A stretch of DNA of 32,000 bases, from positions 120,001-152,000 of the forward strand of contig NZ_CP097765.1 of the NCBI RefSeq assembly GCF_023585785.1. Direction: 5' to 3'. The DNA comes from Blochmannia endosymbiont of Camponotus modoc (GTDB lineage Bacteria > Pseudomonadota > Gammaproteobacteria > Enterobacterales > Enterobacteriaceae). A program made the position numbers and the translations under genes. The notes beneath the pieces were generated by a model. It worked only from the letters and a program-made list of their open reading frames with translations. It did no database searches and was not told where the DNA came from. The stretch's first letter is position 1. The number at the start of each line of letters is the position of its first letter. Shown piece after piece: positions 1 through 10,326 of this stretch.

Positions 1-198
1 AAAATTTTATTTTTTCATTGTACATTGAAAATGTTGTTTAGGATAAAACAAGAGTTTTCGTTTTATTATATTGAATGAAAATTTCAATACAGTGTGTTGC
101 TTAACATTATTTTATATTTTTTAATTATTATTTTCAATAGTAGTTCATTATGAAGGATACTGTTTTAATTAATTTAATTATTTATGATCGATCATTAT

Positions 199-1287
199 AT
201 GAATAAAGTATTCAATTTTAGCGCGGGTCCAGCAATGTTGCCAAAACAAGTTTTAAGGCAAGTTAAAGAAGAATTATATAATTGGAATAATATGGGCATA
301 TCTGTCATAGAGATAAGTCATCGTAGTAAAGAATTTTTACAATTAATGCAAGAAGCGAAACAAGATATGCGTGATCTTCTTGATATTCCAGAAACTTATG
401 AAGTTTTATTTTGTCATGGTGGGGCGCGTGCACAATTTTCTGCGATTCCTATGAATTTATTAAACAAATCTTCAGAACGAGTTGATTATATAAAAACTGG
501 GTATTGGGCATACAATGCAGCAATAGAAGCAAAAAAATATTGTGATCCACGTATAATTAATGTGGTCGGAAAAAAAAATGGACTATATAATATTCAACCT
601 ATATCTAAATGGGATGTTTCTGAAAATAGTCTGTATATTCATTATTGTCCTAATGAAACTATTGATGGAATAGCTGTATATGAAACCCCAAATTTTTCTG
701 ATAAAATAGTGGTAGCAGATTGTTCTTCAACTTTATTTTCGGGTCCACTGAATATAAACCGTTTTGGTATAATTTATGCTACGGCTCAAAAAAACATTGG
801 AATATCTGGTTTGACCGTAATAATTATCAGAAAAGATTTACTGAAAGAACCTTACCGAGTAGTACCTTCTATTTTAAATTATAAAATTTTAGCTGATAAT
901 TTCTCAATGTTTAATACGCCTGTTACTGTATCTTGGTATGTTGCTAGTTTAATGTTTAAATGGTTAAAAACACAAGGAGGCTTAAAGGAAATTAATAAAC
1001 GTAATCAAGAAAAATCAGCTCTTTTATATAATGCTATTGACTCTAGTAATTTCTATTATAATAACATTAGTTTATCTAATCGTTCATATATGAATATCCC
1101 CTTTTTTTTAGAAAACAATAAATTAAATGATCTTTTTTTAAAAGAATCAATATCTTTCGGATTGCATGGTTTGAAAGGACATAAAGTAGTGGGGGGTATG
1201 CGGGCATCTTTATATAATGCCATGACATTAGAAGGTGTAAAAAAATTAATTAGATTTATGAAATTATTTTCTGAAAAATATCGCTAA
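199..1287 (+). CDS. serC: Phosphoserine aminotransferase
   Basis: ORF 184..1287. From the second ATG (199) the protein starts [19 protein letters not shown], colinear with the E. coli SerC N-terminus (MAQIFNFSSGPAMLP, from memory). aroA follows, as in the enterobacterial serC-aroA operon. No clear SD at either ATG. Confidence 0.9.
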   Translation: MNKVFNFSAGPAMLPKQVLRQVKEELYNWNNMGISVIEISHRSKEFLQLMQEAKQDMRDLLDIPETYEVLFCHGGARAQFSAIPMNLLNKSSERVDYIKTGYWAYNAAIEAKKYCDPRIINVVGKKNGLYNIQPISKWDVSENSLYIHYCPNETIDGIAVYETPNFSDKIVVADCSSTLFSGPLNINRFGIIYATAQKNIGISGLTVIIIRKDLLKEPYRVVPSILNYKILADNFSMFNTPVTVSWYVASLMFKWLKTQGGLKEINKRNQEKSALLYNAIDSSNFYYNNISLSNRSYMNIPFFLENNKLNDLFLKESISFGLHGLKGHKVVGGMRASLYNAMTLEGVKKLIRFMKLFSEKYR

Positions 1288-1417
1288 TTAGATTCAATCG
1301 ATTGCTATGTCCATGTGTTAAATCGTTAAATGCAATCACATATTATTATTGTAAATGGTGTATTATGAGTTATTAATTTCAAGAATTAAATTTTTTTATA
1401 TAAAAAGTTGGTGAAAA

Positions 1418-2716
1418 ATGAATGATTTTATCAAATTAGCTCCTATAAAAAAAATACAGGGAACCATTCATCTTCCTGGTTCTAAAAGTATATCAAATCG
1501 AGCATTGTTGTTAGCAGCTCAAGCTACAGGTACTACTCAGTTAACTAATTTGTTGGATAGCGATGATGTGCGTTGTATGCTGGATGCTTTACGTAATCTA
1601 GGAGTATCATATTGTCTTTCAAATAATAGAAAAACTTGCGAAATTAATGGTGTTGGTGGTCCGATTCAATCAAAAAATAATAATCAATTAATTTTGTATT
1701 TGGGAAATGCCGGGACTGTTATGAGACCTCTTGTTGCGGCATTGTCTGTAGAGATTCAAAATATCGTGCTCACCGGTCATCCTCGTATGAAAGATAGGCC
1801 GATTGCACACTTAGTAGATGCCTTAAGACAAGGAGGAGCGCGTATTGAGTATATGGAACGTGATGGTTACCCTCCCATACGATTGTATGGAGGGTATTAT
1901 GGAGGCGAAATTTTTATTAAAGGGAGTATTTCTAGTCAATTTTTGTCATCTGTGCTTATGATGACGCCATTAGCTTATCGAGATACTCTTATTAAAGTAG
2001 ACGGAGCATTAGTATCCAGACCATATATTGATATGACTTTGTCCCTTATGAAAATTTTTGGAATCAACATACAACATGACAATTATCGTGTTTTTTATTG
2101 TAAAGGAAATATGGCATATCAATCGCCTGGGGATTATTTAGTGGAAGGAGATGCCTCGAGTGCTTCTTATTTTTTAGCAGCATCAGCTATTCGAGGGGGT
2201 ACTGTTCGAGTTATAGGAGTCGATCGCAATAGCAGACAAGGAGATGTTTATTTTGCGAATATATTAGAAAGTATGGGAGCAAAGATTGCTTGGGGTGATA
2301 ATTATATAGAGTGTACCCGTGGAGCTGATCTGAATGCTGTTGATTTAGATGTTAATAATATTCCAGATGCAGCAATGACTCTTGCTATTACTGCATTATT
2401 TTCTATTAATGGCCCTACAATATTACGTAATATTTATAATTGGAGAGTTAAAGAAAGTGATCGACTAGCGGCAATGGCTACCGAATTACGTAAAATAGGA
2501 GCGGAGATTGTGGAAGGTTATGATTATTTACAAATTACTCCTCCAGTTCAAATAGAATCAGCTTATATTAATACTTACGATGATCATCGTATAGCGATGT
2601 GTTTTTCTTTGGTGGCATTATCGGATGTTTCTATTATAATTAATAATCCTAAGTGTACCGATAAAACTTTTCCAGATTTTTTTACACAATTATCTAGTAT
2701 TAGTATATTGCAATAA
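1418..2716 (+). CDS. aroA: 3-phosphoshikimate 1-carboxyvinyltransferase (EPSP synthase)
   Basis: 432-aa ORF, colinear with E. coli AroA along its whole length. Motifs present: [61 protein letters not shown] lies 5 nt upstream of the ATG. Confidence 0.95.
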   Translation: MNDFIKLAPIKKIQGTIHLPGSKSISNRALLLAAQATGTTQLTNLLDSDDVRCMLDALRNLGVSYCLSNNRKTCEINGVGGPIQSKNNNQLILYLGNAGTVMRPLVAALSVEIQNIVLTGHPRMKDRPIAHLVDALRQGGARIEYMERDGYPPIRLYGGYYGGEIFIKGSISSQFLSSVLMMTPLAYRDTLIKVDGALVSRPYIDMTLSLMKIFGINIQHDNYRVFYCKGNMAYQSPGDYLVEGDASSASYFLAASAIRGGTVRVIGVDRNSRQGDVYFANILESMGAKIAWGDNYIECTRGADLNAVDLDVNNIPDAAMTLAITALFSINGPTILRNIYNWRVKESDRLAAMATELRKIGAEIVEGYDYLQITPPVQIESAYINTYDDHRIAMCFSLVALSDVSIIINNPKCTDKTFPDFFTQLSSISILQ

Positions 2717-2843
2717 GTATTCTATACAGTGTGGTGTTCATATATAATTTAAATCGTACATATGAAATTTATGATCAGTAAATTTTATTAAAATATTAAA
2801 TAATTATTATATAGTGAAGATTGTGCGCTACAAGGGGATAATT

Positions 2844-3563
2844 GTGAACAACATATTTCCAGTTATTACTATTGATGGCCCAAGTGGAGCAGGAAAAGGG
2901 ACTTTATCTAGGAGACTATCAAAAATTCTTGGATGGAATTTGTTGGATTCGGGAGTGATTTATCGAGTGTTAGCATTAGCAGCTTTAGAAAATAAAATTG
3001 ATATTAATTGTGAAGAAAAAGTAGCAGTACTTGCTGAAGAGATACAGATAAGTTTTATAAATAGAAAAAATAGTTTTTTTGTACCCTTTAATGGTAAAGA
3101 AATTAAAAAAGATATTTATACAGAAACTATAGGAAATTATGCATCTAAAATCGCTGCTTTTTCGAAAGTACGTAAAAATTTATTGACATATCAACGTACA
3201 TTTTGTCAAAGTCCAGGACTTATTGCTGATGGGCGGGATATGGGAACAGTAGTATTTCCTAATGCGGAACTGAAAATTTTTCTTTATGCTTCTTTTAAAG
3301 AAAGAGAGCGCCGTAGATTACATCAGTTACAGAAAAAAAATTTTGATGTTAATTTTAAGTTTTTATTCTCGCAAATAAGAGAACGAGATGATCGTGATTG
3401 CAATCGAAAATCAGCACCGTTAACTCCTGCGATTGATTCATTAATATTAGATTCTACTCATTTATCTGCTGAAGAAGTAAAATCTAAAGTACTGATGTAT
3501 ATTAGAGAGAGTCTAGTATTCTCATCGAGAGTACTATATAATACTACGCATAATCAAGGATAG
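2844..3563 (+). CDS. cmk: Cytidylate kinase
   Basis: Motifs [14 protein letters not shown] (P-loop), LDSGVIYR and [12 protein letters not shown] match E. coli Cmk. There is no in-frame ATG near the N-terminus. The GTG at 2844 is preceded by AAGGGG (2832-2837) at 6-nt spacing and gives an N-terminus colinear with E. coli. The ORF-track start at 2814 (also GTG) is the alternative. The C-terminus is about 13 aa longer than in E. coli. Confidence 0.85.
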   Translation: MNNIFPVITIDGPSGAGKGTLSRRLSKILGWNLLDSGVIYRVLALAALENKIDINCEEKVAVLAEEIQISFINRKNSFFVPFNGKEIKKDIYTETIGNYASKIAAFSKVRKNLLTYQRTFCQSPGLIADGRDMGTVVFPNAELKIFLYASFKERERRRLHQLQKKNFDVNFKFLFSQIRERDDRDCNRKSAPLTPAIDSLILDSTHLSAEEVKSKVLMYIRESLVFSSRVLYNTTHNQG

Positions 3564-3580
3564 TTATGATATATTTGTTA

Positions 3581-3613
3581 TAACCCCACCAAACATGGAA
3601 TGGGGTGGGGTTA
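3581..3613 (+). terminator. GC-rich stem-loop in the cmk-rpsA spacer; candidate cmk terminator or rpsA leader element, function unproven
   Basis: TAACCCCACC (3581-3590) and GGTGGGGTTA (3604-3613) form a perfect 10-bp inverted repeat with a 13-nt loop. It starts 18 nt after the cmk stop and ends 23 nt before the rpsA ATG. No U-tract follows it, so it is not a canonical intrinsic terminator. Confidence 0.4.
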
Positions 3614-3636
3614 ATTGAAAATTGAAGATTATAAAA

Positions 3637-5331
3637 ATGACAGAATCGTTTGCTCAGCTATTTGAAGAATCTTTAAAAAAAGTAGAAACTTGTCCTGGAT
3701 CCATTGTTCGTGGAGTTGTTGTTGCTATTTTTAAAGATATTGTGTTGGTCGACGCAGGATTAAAATCAGAATCTGCTATTCCTATTGAGCAGTTTTATAA
3801 TGCTCAAGGAGAATTGGAGATTTCAATTGGTGATTATGTTGATGTTACATTGGATGCAGTAGAAGATGGGTTTGGGGAGACTATTTTGTCTCGTGAAAAA
3901 GCCAAACGTTATGAATCTTGGGTATCATTAGAAAAAGCACACCAAGATATGACTACTGTTACAGGTGTTATTAATGGAAAAGTAAAAGGAGGATTTACTG
4001 TTGAACTAAATGGCGTACGAGCTTTTTTACCTGGTTCTTTGGTAGATGTTAAACCAATACGTGACACTTCATTTCTAGAAGGGCAAGCATTTGAATTTAA
4101 AGTAATCAAATTAGATCATAAACGCAACAATGTTGTAGTGTCGCGTCGCGCAGTGATTGAATCTGAAAATAGTGTTGAACGTGATCAATTGTTAAATCAA
4201 TTACATGAAGGAATCGAAATTAAAGGGATAGTTAAAAATTTAACTGATTATGGCGCTTTTATCGACTTAGGAGGCGTAGATGGGCTGTTACACATTACTG
4301 ACATGGCATGGAAACGCGTCAAACATCCTAGTGATATAGTAAATGTTGGAGATGAAATTATTGTTAAAGTATTAAGATTTGACCGAGAGCGTATTCGCGT
4401 ATCTTTGGGTCTAAAGCAATTAGGTGAAGATCCATGGGCGGCTATTGTTCAACGCCATAAAGAAGGAAGTAAATTGATAGGACAAGTAACTAATTTAACT
4501 GATTATGGGTGTTTTATTGAAATTGAAGATGGAGTAGAAGGATTAGTGCATGTATCTGAGATGGATTGGACTAATAAAAATATTCATCCTTCTAAAGTAG
4601 TGACAGTAGGAGAATCTGTTGAAGTAATGGTATTAGATATTGACGAAGAGCGCCGCAGAATTTCTTTAGGATTAAAACAATGTAAAATTAATCCATGGCA
4701 GAAGTTTTCAGATATGTATAATCGAGGCGATCGGGTTACGGGAAGGATAAAATCAATTACTGATTTTGGTATTTTTATAGGATTAGAAGGAGGGATTGAC
4801 GGTTTGGTGCATCTTTCTGATATTTCTTGGTATTTATCTAATGAAGAGGCTGTAAATAAGTATAAAAAGGGTGACGAAATAATTGCTGTAGTTCTTCAAG
4901 TCGATGCAGAACGTGAACGTATTTCTTTGGGTATAAAACAGTTAACGGAAGATCCTTTAAATGTGTATTTATCCGCTCATAAAAAAGGAAGTATGGTATC
5001 TGGAAAGATTCTTTCTATAGATGAAAAAGGGGGAGCTACTGTCACATTGGATGATAATGTGGTAATTGGTTATTTATCTATTCCTGCCGTATCAAATAAT
5101 AAATCTACTCATAAGAAAACATATATGTCATTACACATAGGCAATGACATATATGCAACGCTAGACGGGGTAGATCGTAAAAATAGAATCGTCAATTTAT
5201 CTACATGTAATATATGCGATCTAATTCAAAAACCAGAAGTCAACATGATTGATAACCATGTCAAAGAGAAAGATAAGAATTTTTCTAGTGTCATGGTTGA
5301 AGCATTTAAAGCGGCAACTAAAAATGAGTAA
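3637..5331 (+). CDS. rpsA: 30S ribosomal protein S1
   Basis: From the ATG at 3637 the first 14 residues ([14 protein letters not shown]) are identical to E. coli S1. Repeated S1 domains are present (e.g. [55 protein letters not shown]). The ORF-track start at 3622 is a TTG adding 5 unsupported residues. The absence of a strong SD is expected for rpsA. Confidence 0.95.
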   Translation: MTESFAQLFEESLKKVETCPGSIVRGVVVAIFKDIVLVDAGLKSESAIPIEQFYNAQGELEISIGDYVDVTLDAVEDGFGETILSREKAKRYESWVSLEKAHQDMTTVTGVINGKVKGGFTVELNGVRAFLPGSLVDVKPIRDTSFLEGQAFEFKVIKLDHKRNNVVVSRRAVIESENSVERDQLLNQLHEGIEIKGIVKNLTDYGAFIDLGGVDGLLHITDMAWKRVKHPSDIVNVGDEIIVKVLRFDRERIRVSLGLKQLGEDPWAAIVQRHKEGSKLIGQVTNLTDYGCFIEIEDGVEGLVHVSEMDWTNKNIHPSKVVTVGESVEVMVLDIDEERRRISLGLKQCKINPWQKFSDMYNRGDRVTGRIKSITDFGIFIGLEGGIDGLVHLSDISWYLSNEEAVNKYKKGDEIIAVVLQVDAERERISLGIKQLTEDPLNVYLSAHKKGSMVSGKILSIDEKGGATVTLDDNVVIGYLSIPAVSNNKSTHKKTYMSLHIGNDIYATLDGVDRKNRIVNLSTCNICDLIQKPEVNMIDNHVKEKDKNFSSVMVEAFKAATKNE

Positions 5332-6039
5332 TTATTTTTTTATTAAATAATTTTTATATATGAAATCTATTAATATGTTAGAATGAAATAATTATAGATA
5401 ACAAGAAACAAATTAAGTGAATAAATATTTTAGTATTTGTATACGATATTTATATATATATAACATTTTAATATGGTTATGTATGGTAATGACATTAGTC
5501 GTGTTATAATTAGGGGTTATATATTAGATATAATGAGGTTACTACTTGAGTAGGTAAAAAAGAATTAAATTTTAATGTTGTATACTTATTTTATTTTGAA
5601 AAAGGTAACCCCTTGTTATTTATTAGTGAAAGCGATAAAAATTTAATTTGATATTAAAAATAGAATAATATGAATAAGTAAATAACATTGACTTATCAAG
5701 TTCTCTGAAGTTAATGCTTGTCATATAATTGGGGTTGATAGTAATATTTTTCAATAAAATAGTTAATATATATGAATGAGCGTTAAATTCATTTTTCATC
5801 GTGAAAATCACATTTAATCACACAGACTATTAGATATACTAAAGATTAGGAAATACGTTTGTATATATTAAAAAAATAATATTTATATATAAATATAGTA
5901 GTTTTTATTTTTATGCATATTTATGTTGTAAGATTTTTCACGAATCTTAGTACATTTGAAGTATTCGATATTTGTAGTATGTTGATGGCGATGTATTCGT
6001 ATGTTTCGTATGAAATAAATTATGACTGCAGGGACATAA

Positions 6040-7794
6040 ATGTTGCAGTACAATAAAAATCATTCTTCTACTTGGCAAACTTTTCGTCGTCTTTGGCCAA
6101 TAATTTTTCCTTTTAGAGTAGGATTAGTTGTTGCTTCTATTACTCTGATTTTGAATGCAACAAGTGATGCTTTAATGCTAGCTTTATTAAAACCTTTACT
6201 TGATGATGGATTTGGAAAAGCTAATAGAGATGTATTTATGTGGATGCCGTTGGCTTTAGTAGGATTAATGGGTATTCGCGGTTTTAGTGGTTTTGCGTCT
6301 ACTTATTGCATATCATGGGTATCCGGAAAAGTAGTAATGCAAATGAGACGTGCATTATTTAAACATATTATGAATATGCCGGTTTCATTTTTTGTAAAAC
6401 AATCTACTGGTACATTAGTATCTAGAATTACTTATGATTCCGATCAAGTTGCTTCTTCTTCTTCTGGAGCTTTGGTTACTGTTATTCGAGAAGGAGCATC
6501 TATTATTGGTTTATGTGTAATGATGTTTTATTATAGTTGGCAATTATCATTAATTTTAGTACTAATTGCACCAATAGTATCCATCACTATTAAGCTTGTT
6601 TCTCATAGATTTAGAACAATCAGTAAGAAGATGCAGAGTGCCATGGGCCAACTAACCAGCAGTGCTGAACAAATGCTGCAAGGACATAAAGAAGTATTAA
6701 TATTTGGAGGGCAACACACAGAAAAAGATAGATTTAATTGCGTCAGTAACCGTATGAGACAACAAAGTATGAAGATGGTGCAAACTTCATCTATTTTTGA
6801 TCCATTGATTCAATGTGTTGCATCATTAGCATTAGCGTTTGTGTTGTACGTTGCTAGTATTCCAAGTGTTATGGAAATGCTTACTGCTGGAACTATTACT
6901 GTTATTTTTTCATCTATGATAGTTTTGATGAAGCCATTAAAGTCTTTGACTAATGTCAGCGCTCAATTTCAACGCGGAATGGCAGCTTGTCAAACTTTAT
7001 TTTCCATATTAGATTTAGAAACAGAAAAAGATCAAGGCATACTCGACATTACAAGAGTACAGGGACATATTATTTTTGATGATGTTACTTTTTTTTATCC
7101 TGAAAAAAGTACACCATCGCTTTCTAAAATCAATTTTTCTATTGAAGCAGGAAAAACTGTTGCTCTGGTAGGTCGATCTGGTTCTGGAAAATCTACTATC
7201 GTAAACTTATTAACTCGTTTTTATGATATAGATAAAGGACGTATATTGCTTGATGGTTTTAATTTAAATGATTATAAACTTTCTTCGTTGCGTAATCAAA
7301 TAGCTATGGTATCTCAAAACGTTCATTTATTTAATGATACTATCGCAAATAATATCGCGTACGCTCGCAGGAATTTTTATTCTAGAGAATCTATTGAAAC
7401 TGCAGCGCGTATGGCATGTGCTATGGATTTTATTTCTCAAATGAAAAACGGATTAGATACTATTATAGGAGAAAATGGGATACTATTATCTAGTGGCCAA
7501 CGTCAACGTATTGCAATTGCACGTGCTTTGTTACGGGATTGTCCTATTTTAATTTTCGATGAAGCTACTTCTGCTTTAGATTCTGCGTCAGAGCACATTA
7601 TTCACAGATCTCTTGATACGTTAAAAAAAAATAGAACATCCTTGATTATAGCTCATCGTTTATCTACCGTTGAAAATGCAGATGAAATATTGGTAATTGA
7701 AAACGGTTATATTATGGAACGTGGTGTGCATAAGGTTTTGATACGTCGCCAAGGGATTTATGCTCAATTATATAAATTACAATTTTCTTCTTGA
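6040..7794 (+). CDS. msbA: Lipid A export ATP-binding/permease protein (ABC transporter)
   Basis: 584 aa, colinear with E. coli MsbA (STWQTFRRLWP, CISWVSGKVVMQMRR, Walker A GRSGSGKST, Walker B ILIFDEATSALD). AGGGA lies 5 nt upstream of the ATG. The signature motif reads LSSGQ rather than LSGGQ. Confidence 0.95.
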   Translation: MLQYNKNHSSTWQTFRRLWPIIFPFRVGLVVASITLILNATSDALMLALLKPLLDDGFGKANRDVFMWMPLALVGLMGIRGFSGFASTYCISWVSGKVVMQMRRALFKHIMNMPVSFFVKQSTGTLVSRITYDSDQVASSSSGALVTVIREGASIIGLCVMMFYYSWQLSLILVLIAPIVSITIKLVSHRFRTISKKMQSAMGQLTSSAEQMLQGHKEVLIFGGQHTEKDRFNCVSNRMRQQSMKMVQTSSIFDPLIQCVASLALAFVLYVASIPSVMEMLTAGTITVIFSSMIVLMKPLKSLTNVSAQFQRGMAACQTLFSILDLETEKDQGILDITRVQGHIIFDDVTFFYPEKSTPSLSKINFSIEAGKTVALVGRSGSGKSTIVNLLTRFYDIDKGRILLDGFNLNDYKLSSLRNQIAMVSQNVHLFNDTIANNIAYARRNFYSRESIETAARMACAMDFISQMKNGLDTIIGENGILLSSGQRQRIAIARALLRDCPILIFDEATSALDSASEHIIHRSLDTLKKNRTSLIIAHRLSTVENADEILVIENGYIMERGVHKVLIRRQGIYAQLYKLQFSS

Positions 7795-8804
7795 TGTTTG
7801 ATCGTATTTGGTTTAAATCATCGTTTTTTTATTTATTTTTATTGCCATTTTCTTGGTTATACGGTTTAATCAGCACGCTTAACCGTATTAGTTATCAGTA
7901 TGGATGGCGAAAAGTATATCGATTTTCAGTACCAATAATAATTATAGGTAATTTAACAATTGGAGGGAACGGGAAAACTCCGATGGTATTATGGTTAGTA
8001 GAACACTTGAAATGTCGTGGTTGGAAGGTTGGGGTCATTTCGAGAGGATATAAAGGTAAATCGAATAATTATCCAATCATTATTAATATGCATAGCCATA
8101 GTGAGGAATGTGGTGATGAGCCCATGTTAATTTGGAAACGAACTGGAGTATCGGTCGCTGTTTCTCCAAAACGCGCTGATGCAGTTGCTGCATTATTGAG
8201 AAAACAAGAATTGGATATTATAATAAGTGATGATGGATTACAACATTATGCGCTTTTTAGGGATATAGAATGGGTAATAGTTAATAGTGTGCTTCGATTC
8301 GGAAATGGTTGTTGGTTACCAGCTGGTCCCATGCGCGAACGCATTAACAGACTTCATACGGTACAAGCGATTATTGCAAATGGATCAGAAGTAGGAATAC
8401 AATCTGGAGAAGTATTAATGCAGTTATGTCCTATTGCTGTAGTCAACATATTAACGGGAGAGCGTAGACCTCTTTATTTTTTAAATAATGTTGTAGCCAT
8501 AGCAGGGATTGGGTATCCTACACAATTTTTTGATACTTTACGAAGTTATGGTATCACTCCGATTAGATCAATTTCATTTTCTGATCATCACGTGTATTCT
8601 GAAAAAATATTAACATCCCTTACTAAAAAAGATGAGATATTACTAATGACAGAAAAAGATGCAGTTAAATGTGTAGATTTTGCTCACGATAATTGGTGGT
8701 ATGTGTATACAGAAGTGAAAATCAATAAGATAGATACGTATAATCTATTGCGCACGGTGGAAAATAAGATTAGATATTATAAGGATTCAAAATTCAATGT
8801 ATAG
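7794..8804 (+). CDS. lpxK: Tetraacyldisaccharide 4'-kinase
   Basis: Motifs PFSWLYG, GNLTIGGNGKTP, VISRGYKG, SDDGLQHY, LPAGPMRE and MTEKDAVKC match E. coli LpxK. The ATG at 7794 shares one nt with the msbA stop (TGATG), suggesting translational coupling. The ORF-track start at 7791 is a TTG one codon upstream. Confidence 0.9.
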   Translation: MFDRIWFKSSFFYLFLLPFSWLYGLISTLNRISYQYGWRKVYRFSVPIIIIGNLTIGGNGKTPMVLWLVEHLKCRGWKVGVISRGYKGKSNNYPIIINMHSHSEECGDEPMLIWKRTGVSVAVSPKRADAVAALLRKQELDIIISDDGLQHYALFRDIEWVIVNSVLRFGNGCWLPAGPMRERINRLHTVQAIIANGSEVGIQSGEVLMQLCPIAVVNILTGERRPLYFLNNVVAIAGIGYPTQFFDTLRSYGITPIRSISFSDHHVYSEKILTSLTKKDEILLMTEKDAVKCVDFAHDNWWYVYTEVKINKIDTYNLLRTVENKIRYYKDSKFNV

Positions 8805-9012
8805 TAATTGCATTTTTACAACAATATAATAACTATGTAGAAGAAAGATAAAAAATAATATTTTCAGTGTTGTTTATATATACGGCAACGTCATATATAA
8901 CAAAATAAATTATTTAAATGATAAAATCACCATTTTAAATTATAGAATATATATAACAGTTTTGTTGTATATAATATGTATAAGTTAAACATTTAATCGA
9001 TTTAGTAATATT

Positions 9013-9183
9013 ATGATGAAATATCAGTTATTGAAGATCATTGTGTGTCCTGTATGTCATTCGGAATTATCTTTCGATTTAGAAAAAAAAGAATTAATTT
9101 GTAATGTTGATAATTTGGCTTTTCCAATAAGAAAAGGAATCCCGGTTCTTTTAAAAAAAGATGCTCGTAATTTTATATTATAA
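9013..9183 (+). CDS. ycaR: UPF0434 / Trm112-like zinc-ribbon protein YcaR
   Basis: This ORF is too short for the track. I translated it by hand as [56 protein letters not shown] (56 aa). It is closely colinear with E. coli YcaR (LLEIIACPVC...ELIC..DNLAFP.RDGIPVLL). Its position directly upstream of kdsB (11-nt gap) matches E. coli. Confidence 0.85.
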   Translation: MMKYQLLKIIVCPVCHSELSFDLEKKELICNVDNLAFPIRKGIPVLLKKDARNFIL

Positions 9184-9194
9184 TAAGGTAAAAT

Positions 9195-9959
9195 ATGAAT
9201 TTTGTAGTAATTATACCTGTCCGATTTTTTTCGACGCGTTTTCCAGGGAAAGCTTTATCAGATATTAATGGTAAGCCTATGATTATTCGTGTCATGGAAA
9301 ATGCTTTAGATTCTGGAGCTAATAAAGTAATCATTGCTACAGATAGTTCTTGTATAGCGAGAGTCATTGAATCAGAGCAATCTGCAAGTGAAGTATGTTT
9401 AACACGATCTACTCATCAGTCAGGTACTGAACGTCTTGCAGAAGTAGCTATCAATTATAAATTTTCAGATGATCAAATTATCGTACATCTTCAAGGCGAT
9501 GAACCCTTACTTTCTTCTATTATGATTCGTCAATTAGCAAGTATTTTGTGTTCAATGAGTACTATTTCCATGGCTACGTTAGCAACACCATTGAGTTCTT
9601 TCGAAGAAGCACACGATGATAATGTAGTTAAAGTTGTTATCAACATGAATAGCAATGCTCTGTATTTTTCTCGTTCTATGATTCCATGGAACACAGGAGA
9701 TTTTGTAAATCATCTAGATAGTAAATTCCCTAAGACGCTATTACGTCATATTGGTATTTATGCATATCGAGTTAAGTTCCTGCATCGTTATATTGCATGG
9801 ACTAAAAGTCCACTGGAACAGCTTGAACGCCTTGAACAGCTTCGAGTACTATGGCATGGAGAGACAATATATGTTTCTGTAATTGATGATGTATTTAATA
9901 TTAGTGTGGATACTCCAGAATCATTAATCCGTGTTAACACTGTATTTAAAAAGAAATAA
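9195..9959 (+). CDS. kdsB: 3-deoxy-manno-octulosonate cytidylyltransferase (CMP-KDO synthetase)
   Basis: 254 aa. MNFVVIIPVRFFSTRFPGKAL.DINGKPMI, HQSGTERLAEV, LQGDEPL, LRHIGIYAYR and LEQLRVLW match E. coli KdsB. TAAGGT lies 6 nt upstream of the ATG. Confidence 0.95.
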   Translation: MNFVVIIPVRFFSTRFPGKALSDINGKPMIIRVMENALDSGANKVIIATDSSCIARVIESEQSASEVCLTRSTHQSGTERLAEVAINYKFSDDQIIVHLQGDEPLLSSIMIRQLASILCSMSTISMATLATPLSSFEEAHDDNVVKVVINMNSNALYFSRSMIPWNTGDFVNHLDSKFPKTLLRHIGIYAYRVKFLHRYIAWTKSPLEQLERLEQLRVLWHGETIYVSVIDDVFNISVDTPESLIRVNTVFKKK

Positions 9960-10326
9960 ATACACTACTTATACATAGCTGATTATGGTGGCGCGGGTGA
10001 ATTTTTATTAATTACATTAATTACAATACGAATGAATTTAATTATCATTAAAAATCAAATTCATAGGAGAATTTTAAGCGATTTATATTAATTTATATTA
10101 AGCATATATTACTAATGTGTAATTTAAGGATTTCTTTAATTACTATATTAATCATGATATTATTATGGCTCCTTATAATGTGAGTATTAAAATTTTGAAT
10201 ACATGTATAATATTTTTTAATTCGTCATAGCATATTAAAAAATATTTTTTAATGTATATGTATAGCGATAATTATTAAAAATCATAAGTGTATTTGTTTA
10301 TGTTAACGTGGAGTGTAAAAATAATT

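Noticed and set aside
5623-5811. 62-aa minus-strand ORF in the rpsA-msbA spacer, and 67-aa minus-strand ORF 18987..19190 in the slyA-rnt spacer.
   Set aside because: Both translations are Ile/Asn/Phe/Tyr-rich, typical of random AT-rich sequence. Neither has an SD or any similarity I can recognise. ORF 18987..19190 also runs into the rnt start region.
5913-6056. 47-aa + strand ORF (MHIYVVRFFTNLSTFEVFDICSMLMAMYSYVSYEINYDCRDINVAVQ) that ends inside the msbA start region.
   Set aside because: It overlaps the well-supported msbA ATG and SD in another frame, has no SD of its own, and shows no recognisable similarity, including none to IhfB or YcaI.
9985-10000. Isolated GC-rich 13-mer GGTGGCGCGGGTG followed by T5, just downstream of kdsB. 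I considered it as a terminator.
   Set aside because: The sequence is a direct repeat (GGTG...GGTG), not an inverted one, so no stem-loop can form. It may be a relic of a degraded element, but that cannot be demonstrated.
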